From contig OZ024743.1 in assembly GCA_964016885.1 (NCBI GenBank), forward strand, positions 11,966,001 to 12,030,000: a DNA stretch of 64,000 nt, written 5' to 3'. The notes beneath the pieces are model-generated. The model had not been told where the DNA came from. It searched no databases and saw only the letters and a list, made by a program, of their open reading frames with translations. The DNA is from Eledone cirrhosa. Lineage: Eukaryota. Below, one piece after another: positions 53,749-64,000 of this stretch (its first letter is position 1; every line of letters starts with the position of its first letter). The translations under genes and the position numbers were made by a program.

Positions 53749-54865
53749 CAGTATAGATGTATGTATACAATATAGAGGTAACAGAGAGTGTGAAAGATTG
53801 TGTATACAAACATATATAGAGTGCTAATAATATGCACACTTGATTGAAAAAAGTGAACTGAAGTCCCTACGAGGAATCAAATCACGCATTTCTCTTATGC
53901 CGAGCGAGTGCATTAAGGCATTGCAATAACACATTTCTGTTTACTGGTTGCCATCTTTTAGAAGATTGTAAGTCTGTAAATAGAAGAGTAAACAAATAGC
54001 TAACTTAATAACTACGGGGACTAAGTCGGCAATCAGTAGCCAGAAGATTCTAAGCACAATTGGGTAACGTACTCGTCCGTTATCCAAGAGTTACGGGTTC
54101 GATACCGAGCAGACAACGCTGTCCAATTTCTCTATCTCCAGGGTAGCTTTACCTGATTTTCTCAACTACTATATATAGTGAGCCACTATTATTAGTCACC
54201 TACATTTTATATATATAATTGACCTGCGTGCATATTATTTTATTCTTTTATGTTTTGCGATGACCTCCCCTTCCCGCTTGGTGACGGTGTGAGATTTCTC
54301 ATTGTGAGACTGCTGGGATTTCAAAGTTGGTGGTCACTCTAGCACGGACGGGTACCATCGCTGAATGTTAATATCGGTAAGGTTTTTTTTATATCGATAT
54401 TGTCGGGCATCCACTGATGATTTATAAGTGCCCACCTACATATATTCCTATGGACTATGTGTAGGCTTTTACATAACCTGGACATTATTTTCCCAATTTC
54501 TACATAACCTTTCCCAACTTATAATGAAACGATCGTTTGGAAAGAGAGATGTATTTAATTATGTCTCATATAAAATAATACAACTGGCTATCCGCAAAAT
54601 ACATATAGTTAGCACCCCAAAGGTATATGCTAATGTTTGTTGAGTGAGACGGCAGCCGGTCGGAGTATTGCTTAAAGCTTTCTCTGTTAATGTATTAAAT
54701 ATATTTATATATGGAGAAAGAGAGAGTGAAGGAGAGAGAGAGACGGCGAGAGAGAGGGGACGGGGTAAGGGAGAGAGTGAGGGAGTGAGGGAAAGAGAGA
54801 GAGGGAGAGAGATAAATAGCTAGCTAGCTAGCTAGATAAATAGATAGATAGAAAAATATGATTAC

Positions 54866-55074
54866 CTTTTGCCTGCCTTGTGCCGCAACAACTGCATCAA
54901 ACTTATAAGTTCCGTTATGGGGAGCAACAAACCGACCGTTTTTAACGTTATATGAATCTCCAACATTGGTAACAACTTCGTCCCAGATTATATCCTTGTT
55001 CTTAGGTACTGGACCTTGATTCTCTTTAAGGCCCACATAAAAGGCAATTTTGGGGCGCACCTTTGAAGGAGTAC
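54866..55074 (-). CDS. C1q-domain protein, penultimate coding exon
   Basis: [57 protein letters not shown] acceptor (phase 1) and AAG|GTAAT donor. Upstream exons not found. Confidence 0.9.
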
Positions 55075-55106
55075 CTGGAAAGAAAATCGCTAAATTATAT
55101 ATATAT

Positions 55107-55336
<230 letters not shown>

Positions 55337-55371
55337 GTAATGTAAATATATATATATATATGTAAATATAT

Positions 55372-55404
<33 letters not shown>

Positions 55405-55448
55405 AATATATATATATATGTAATGTAAATATATATATATATATGTAA

Positions 55449-55542
<94 letters not shown>

Positions 55543-55549
55543 ATGTATA

Positions 55550-55585
<36 letters not shown>

Positions 55586-55905
55586 CATGCATGTATATCT
55601 GTGTGTGTGTGTGTGTATGCATGCATGTATATCTATGTGTGTATGCGTACGTATACTCTTTTCCTCATGTGCGCACCATCATGGTTGAAGCGACAAAAAA
55701 AAAAACATCGCTAGGTAATTAAACACTTTTTATATTTCATAAAACTTATCCTCATGATCTCTCTATAAAGGTATCGTAAAGAATATTTTTTGAGAATGAA
55801 ACATATGTAGATCAAATAATGTATTAATTGTTGAACCGGAGTAATTTATTTCTTGTGTTATATATATATATATATATATATATATACTATGTATGTGTGT
55901 GTGTA

Positions 55906-56612
55906 TTTTTACCAATAGAGAGAGAGTCGGTTACTAACATAGACACAAGACTCTCTCATTGGAATTTACATAACATCACTAGGTAGATATGTATGCATGT
56001 CTGCAGGCATGTGTAGATATTGATGTTATTGTATGTGTGGGTGTGTATGTTATGAGTTGCATGTGTATATGCTTTGTATCTGTACATGTGCAGTTATTAG
56101 ATGCAAAATGTTTGGAATGTTTTACATATTTCTTACTGTTCCATTAATGGATTGTAATTGGAATTTCCTAACTAGTTGTGTTCTTTCTGTTCCTGTGAAG
56201 CCTAGCTTCTCAAGATTTGTATTGGGCAGTTACTAACATACCCCAGTTCCCCAATAATCACAAGCATAAATCTGAAGGTATAATCAGGGTGGAGTATCTG
56301 CAGATTTCTTATTAGTTCTGCATACATATTCTCCTTTTCGCTAATCTTTGACATTATATTGCCATCTGCTGGGCAGCTAATTTCCACTACTGTGCATGCC
56401 TTCTGTTGATTGTCCCATATCTTTATATCTGATTTGTTATGCCTGCATTTTATTTGAGTTTTTACTGGAACATTCCACCAGTACTCTTTCATATTATGTA
56501 TATGTATGTCTTCCACATTGCTGTAGCTTTTAATGTGTTTATTATCGGGGCTATCTTTTTTACGAACTGCATTGTACAGTGTTTTGGCCACTACATCATG
56601 CCTAATAGGTAG

Positions 56613-56615
<3 letters not shown>
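55906..56615 (-). mobile_element. R4/Dong-like family B copy 3, more diverged
   Basis: RHDVVAKTLY..VEISCPAD plus the family 3'UTR. (TATG)n at the 5' junction. Confidence 0.88.
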
Positions 56616-56643
<28 letters not shown>

Positions 56644-57092
56644 TGTATGTATGTATGTATGTATGTATGTATGTATGTATGTATGTATAACACATTAATC
56701 TTAAGCCAAATTCTCGATTTGGTGGGATATAAGCTAAACCGAATAAGATAAGTCAGTTTTACTCATATAGTTCCCCAAACATGGTTTCTGGAATTCACTA
56801 AACAATATTGATTATTTTAAAACATTGGAACAACCAGTATTGGAAAAATTTAAATTCCTTCTTCAGGGTGAGAATTCTTTGGAATAAGAGGAAACATTGA
56901 ATATAAAGCATACATACCATATTGTTGCTGAGATTGAATGGCGTCCAACGTATTGCGTCGTTGAATTACTAAATAAACATGTCTCCGTCAATGTATTAGG
57001 ACAACAAGACGAGCTTATATTGACGCTGGAAATAGCAACCAAATCCTTCTACTCAACAATGAAGGAGTAGCTAATATCAATTAAAATATGAG

Positions 57093-57144
<52 letters not shown>

Positions 57145-57569
57145 ACAGATACATATAAAGATAACATTTTCGCGAACTAAATCATAGTAAATGCTATATT
57201 TATACATACGAATAGCCTCTTGGCTCGATTGGAGAGAATAATATAATCATGATGTGCCGAAAACCTAATAATTATCACCACCACCTTCCTTCGTTTAATT
57301 GATATCTGCCAATAGGGATACGCGAGAGTAAATCTTAACATGAACTTTCCACAGTAATATATGAATTTATCAATGCATGTGTCTTAACGCTTCAACAGAT
57401 GCTAATTACTGAGAAATAATTATAGATGTCATTATGCTGTCAGCATACCACCAAGTAATCTTAACTAAATCGGATTGAAACGATATCGCTGCTGGATTAA
57501 TAATATCATTGCAATTCTGCCTCGTTAAAATGAATAAAACCACATATTATGTATTAACTCTACACTTTA

Positions 57570-57620
<51 letters not shown>

Positions 57621-57787
57621 TATTAATTATGAGTTCAAAATTCAAGCAGTCCTTTACAATGAAATAGCTCAAAGAAAGAAGTATTTCTGAGCCGTGTAAT
57701 ACAAGTTAATATAAATTATTGTATTTACAATACAAACACAGATATGTTGGTATTTGTGTTTATCAAATATATTAATTTATATTAACT

Positions 57788-57852
<65 letters not shown>

Positions 57853-58500
57853 TTTAGATATTGCAACGTCAAGTTACTGTAGGTTCACCAAAGTGAGCAC
57901 TCGATGCGTATTCTCCGATATTTGGGGTTTGTACTAAGCATAGTGTAATAATATATATACATAATTAAATAACTCTGTACAATACATAGAGCACTCTTTT
58001 TTCCTTTACCTTTTCTATGGAAATACTTAACACATACATACACACACACATATATATATATATATTTATACAAAGTCCAGAGTCTTATCATGCCTGTTGG
58101 AGGAACCCCTCCCTGATTAATCTCCATTGCTTCCTATCTCTCGCCATATTGGGCTATCTCGGGCTGAGGTATCGGATTAGATCATCATGTCATCTGCCTT
58201 TAGCCGCCTTCTGATTCTATTCTTCTGCCTCGGTGTTCAACCTGTCGCTCTAATAGTCCACCTGGTGTCTCTGAGACGGGAGACGTGGCCAGCACGTCTA
58301 TGTTTACCCATCTTGATGGTCTCAGTTACGTCATTCACACCAGTCTGCTGTCGAATCTAGGTATTGTTCTTACTGTTATACATACACACATACATACATA
58401 CATACATACATACATACATACATACATACATACATACATACATACATACATACATACATACATACATACATACATGCATACATACATACATACATACATA

Positions 58501-59855
58501 ATAAGGAGAGAACCAGAACTGAATACCTCAGAAGAGTAAAGAAAATATGGTCATCAGAACTGTCAGCATACAACAAATACATTGCCCACAATACTTATGC
58601 TGTGCCAATTCTAACGCCAACATTTGGCCTGCTGAACTGGTCATTGCAAGAACTAAGTGAGATGGATGTTAGAACTCAAAAACTTCTCAGTGTTACTGGG
58701 AACTTTAACATCAATGGTGATGTGGATAGGCTATACTTCTCACGCAAGGAAGGTGGCCGGGGTCTAAAATCAATATTAACAACATATGAGACCCGGATAG
58801 TAACACTGAAGCAACACCTTCAACAGAGGAAAAAGGTTGGCAACCATCTTGCCCAGGTTTATGAGCATGAAAAAAGAAATATCATTAGAATAGCGACTGA
58901 TCTGGAGGAGAGATATGGAATAAAGCCTGATATAAATCTCTCACCCAGAGAAATCGGAAGATCCTATTCAATGTTCAAACAAGATAAAAAAATTGACCAA
59001 TTTACAGAAAGAGTTGTGCATGGATACTTGAGGCGTAAAACACAGATCATAGAGGGGATAAACCACTCAAAAAGCCTGGCATGGAGTTCCGACAAGTTTA
59101 TGACATCACACCTTGAGGGATATCTCTATGCAATACATGAACAAGAACTCCCTACCAAATATCTGCTGCACAAAAGAGGAGGGCCAGCAGCTGACAATAA
59201 ATGTAGGCTATGTAAAACAAAGATCGAGGATGTAAGCCACATTGTTGCCAGCTGCGAAAGAATGTCATCTCGCTACTACCTCCCCATGAGACACGATAGG
59301 ATAGCTAGAACTATCTGGAACGCACTTCGGAAAACAAAATTAACAACAAACGAGGAAGAATATATTGAGACAGATGGCACTAAGGAATACTGGTGGAACC
59401 TGAAAATAAAAACTGCCACCAAATTAAAGCACAACCGGCCTGATATTGTAGTTTGGGACCACACATTGAAAACGTGTTCTGTTGTGGAGATCAGCTGCCC
59501 ACTTGATGTAAACGTTGTCAAAAAAATACAGGAGAAGGAGGACATCTACGGACCATTGATGAGGAGCTTACAAATCCAGTATCCAAGATACACCTTTAGC
59601 TTCATACCCATCATTATTGGTGCTACGGGTTATATACCAACCCGCTTGGACCAAAGTATGACTGAACTTGGATTTGCGGACAAAAAGCGCAGCTCCCTAA
59701 TTCATAGTCTACAAATGGCTGCGATAGCTGGCACCTTCAAAATATGCAAAACATTCTTGCGATTCAAGGGATGACAATTTCTTTTCTTTTACAACCTTGC
59801 CACCAGGAAGGTGGCCGGTCAAAAAAATATACTCGAAATTAAGAGAAAGAGAAAA
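58501..59855 (+). mobile_element. R4/Dong-like family A copy 4, 5'-truncated with an open 390-aa C-terminus
   Basis: DRLYFSRKEGGRGL, CRLC..H..C, RHD, RPDIVVWD and VEIS. Pure (CATA)n on both sides. Confidence 0.94.
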
Positions 59856-62086
59856 CATACATACATACATACATACATACATACATACATACATACATAC
59901 ATACATACAGACAGACATACATACATACATATATTCATGCATACATACACATATACATACACACATACATGCATATATATATATATATATATATACATAC
60001 CTGCATACATTCATATATGGATACATGCATGCATGCATACATACATAATATATGTATGTGTGTGTGTGCGTGTATGTGTATGTGCGTGTATGTGTGTATA
60101 TGTGTTTGTATGTATATGTATATGCGGCTGTATCAATGTCCATGTTGATGTCCTTCCTTATGTTTACTGGTGTAAACTGGTGACGAATTCCACCTGCTTC
60201 AAAACTTTACCTTACCTTTCAATAGAAATTCATAAAATGAATACCTGACTGCGATACTTACTGGGGTTGATATGATTAAACAAAAACTCTTGACCATTAT
60301 GCTCCAGTGGGGTCAAAGTCTAATGAAATACCCAATGAAGAGTGCTTTGTTTTTGCATTCACTTCGATTAATTAATCGATATTTTAAGTATTTTCAGTGA
60401 AAGCTATTGTCATTTGATCACAAAGCAATATTCTACAGAGATAAAAATTAACCACCATCGTACAAAATTATATGTGCTATTTAGATGTCAACGAGGGAGC
60501 CTTGATATGAAAGTAATATTCTACCATACAAATTAACCTCTATCGTACATTACATGTGCTATTTACATGTCAACGAGGGAGGCCAACTACAAGGAGCAGT
60601 CAAATTCCCCTCAAATTACACTCTACTTTTTTTTAAAAAAGCATGACACATTTGATAAAGAAGTACATCTATATATGCAGGGACAGAAACTTCAGATGGA
60701 TTCGTAGGAGCGACATAGGGTTTTACATCATGTATTGGGCATTTAAAGGTTCCTTTCCTTCCGGGAACAACAAAACCTTCTCAAATATAAAACTTCTACT
60801 CATTCAGAAGATTGTCGCTGAACAAATAAACGTCTTTTCATTTCTAGTTTGTTGTTTTCTTCTCTGCGACGTTTAAGTATAGAATATGTTATTCATTAAA
60901 ATTTGAGTTCTTCCATCAAGAGTTAAGCCATGTATCTCAGAAGAGTTCAATCATTCAAAAATGGTAGTTAAATGGTAATAAGTATTAAATGAGACTGTTT
61001 AATTAGAGTTTCTAGAGCCTGCAGGCTTATTGGGCCAAAGGTTATCCTTGAGGCGTAAATATTTGAGATGAAAAGACTGCTCGCTACTACTGTCGGTACT
61101 CGTTTATTTTCAACCTTGAACAACTAAAGTGCTTCATTCAAAAACAATGCATCGCCCGGTCAGAGCATAAAATCGTTACCTTACGATAGTTAGACAATCA
61201 CTCTAATCTCATTGTTATGCTCCTTCTAATGAAAGGGATAACTATCATCCTTAATAACAGGCAATAACAACATAGAGAAAGTAACAAAAGTTAATGGAAA
61301 TTAGGTAGTAACATGTGCTTATACCATATTTGACTAAATAGAATTAGTCTGTTAGCTGACAGTATTGATGTACATGGGACACCAACCCACATCTTTAGTT
61401 TGCCGGACCAACACAAGCGATGTTTTGAATTAGATGATACTTTCCTTCTCCCTTTTCCTCAGACCAATCTCGGAAGCCCTGAAAATGACCTTGAGCACTG
61501 TCCTTACTGATTAAACAATAAAAAGAAGCAATATTGACTAGTTCGTTGTGAGGCCTTATGTATTTGGTATTTTTTTTTATGAAATATAAAATTTGTCTTT
61601 TTCCTTCTTTGCTAAAACCCAAAGGAAAATTTGGATATGCGATATAATGATATTATATACTGTATAGGGCATCTGATTAAAAATGCCTTAGTATTTATTC
61701 CAGCTCACTGCGCTATGAGTTCCAATCCCGCAGAGGTGACCTTTACCTTTTCATCGAGGTCCTTAAAGTACCTGTCCAGTATTGGGGACAATCTTTCTTC
61801 TCTATCTATCTCTCCCTCTTACTCTTCTTTAAATGTTCAAGATATGTCGTGTATCATGATGGCGCCCTTATGATTCCATCATGAATTAATGACCAGGGAA
61901 AGAAGATATAATCAATAAATGAATATTCATAACACATGTTATCTTTGTATTTTGGTAAATATAAATTATTGAAAATCTTTTGTGAATTCAATTTAAATCA
62001 ACAGAGCATTTTATTCCCCACACAAAACATTTCTCGTTCGTAGACTATGCACAATTTTCATTAATTTATGTATGAGCGTTTGTTGT

Positions 62087-62141
<55 letters not shown>

Positions 62142-62194
62142 AATATATATAAAACGGCAGTAGCAGTAGTAGCAGCAGCAACAGCAGCAGTAGT

Positions 62195-62292
<98 letters not shown>

Positions 62293-62749
62293 ATGAAATA
62301 TAACATTTTCAAAAAAAGGTGAATGCACACCACACGCGTAATTGCGTTTACTTATCGAATCGATATTTTAGATTTTCAGATGTTGCAAAATCATTATTTT
62401 GAGTACAGTCAGCAAGAGGTAAGGTCACCTTGAAAAACTTTCGTAAAGAATGACGACAGAAACTCGTTTACTATGACCAGTCTCATTAATCACAATTAAT
62501 GCGGTAGTCTTACAACAATGTAACGTTCTTGCTAGTTATTTGTTGTAACACTAGAATATGTAAGCGTTGTGGGTCATAAACAAGAGGAGGAAACACCAGA
62601 CAAGACAAACCATTAACAATGATAGAGCATCTATGTGATCATTTGACTTACTAAAAATATACTGCCACATCTTCCACAAATCACACACAGATGACTTAAA
62701 AATGTAAGGATGCATTAAACAATGTTATCTCAGATACTGAGTCGATAGA

Positions 62750-62885
62750 ACATCAGAGAGAATGCTTTGCAGTATTCGAATTATCTCACTGCACTCTTGA
62801 GTTCAAATCCTGCCGTGGTTAACTGTGCCTTTCAACCTTCCGGGGTAGATAAAAAAAAAAGTACTAGCTCTGCACTGGTGTCGGT
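62750..62885 (+). mobile_element. Diverged OK-like SINE
   Basis: GAGTTCAAATCCTGCC..GCCTTTCAACCTTCCGGGGTAGATAAA. Similar decayed copies near 9760-9980, 30435-30590 and 61700-61790. Confidence 0.6.
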
Positions 62886-63473
62886 TTTTCTACTGTATCC
62901 CTTTCTTAATTCCTTTCTCTCTCTGCCCCCTCACTTTCTCTTGGAGAAATTTGCTGTATTCATACTTGAGAGTGGATGGACTCCAGCAGGTTTTTAATGT
63001 CCAAGACACGCCGTATGTAACGGTGGTGCTCCTTTGACTCCATCAAGATTTACGGTTCCAAAAGAAGAAGTCCTATATATACGTGTGTGTGAGAGAGAGA
63101 GTGTTTGTATACATATAGGGTGAGCTTCAGCACATTTTTCCTCTACTAGATTTCACCCACAAGGCATTGGTCAAGACGAGGCTATAATAGAAGACACTTG
63201 CTAAAGCGTCACGTGGAACTGAACCCGAAACCACATGTTTGCAAAGCGAACTCCTTAACCCCATAACTCTCTCTCCCATCTCACTTTCCCTTATATATAT
63301 AGATATGTGTATGTGTGCGTGCGTGCGTGCGTGCGTGCGTGCGTGTGTGTGTGTGTACACCCACATGCATGCGCGATTTATGCTACGTATCAATTCCGCT
63401 TTGTGATAATCACAGTCAATATATGCCAGTAGACTTCAAACTCAAACTTTTTTACCCCCGTTAATGAGATTAA

Positions 63474-63761
<288 letters not shown>

Positions 63762-63782
63762 ATATATAATATATTTCCTTCG

Positions 63783-63848
<66 letters not shown>

Positions 63849-64000
63849 TGCGCGCGCGCTCTGTATATAAATGTATGCTTGGTTAGGTATATATGTAACT
63901 AAGAACGTCAATTGCCATCACTTGGACGTAAATACACTAGAATAAACCAAAGCTATACCCCAATTCAAGCAAATGTAATCCATAAGCGTACATTCGACCT

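Overview
AT-rich, microsatellite-dense eukaryotic DNA. The SINE and LINE content suggests an octopus or other coleoid mollusc (inference). Most ORFs in the supplied track are microsatellite artefacts. The only host gene I can support is a minus-strand C1q-domain gene, of which two 3' exons are visible (55074-54866, 52871-52662). The rest is a nested mosaic of mobile DNA: (1) two Penelope-like retroelements with minimal hammerhead ribozymes, one a partial tandem with a U3-A8 core variant and one with long inverted pLTRs; (2) seven copies of two R4/Dong-like RLE non-LTR families, nearly all inside (CATA)n/(TATG)n tracts in a fixed orientation; (3) a head-to-tail Helitron dimer that splits one of those LINEs, plus an internally deleted Helitron; (4) a full-length Chapaev3-like transposon with TTA target duplication; (5) a non-autonomous LTR element and a Tc1/mariner fragment sitting in (TA)n; (6) RTE and L1/Tx1 fragments, many tRNA-derived SINEs, MITEs and fold-back palindromes. 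All calls were made by eye and boundaries may be off by a few bases.
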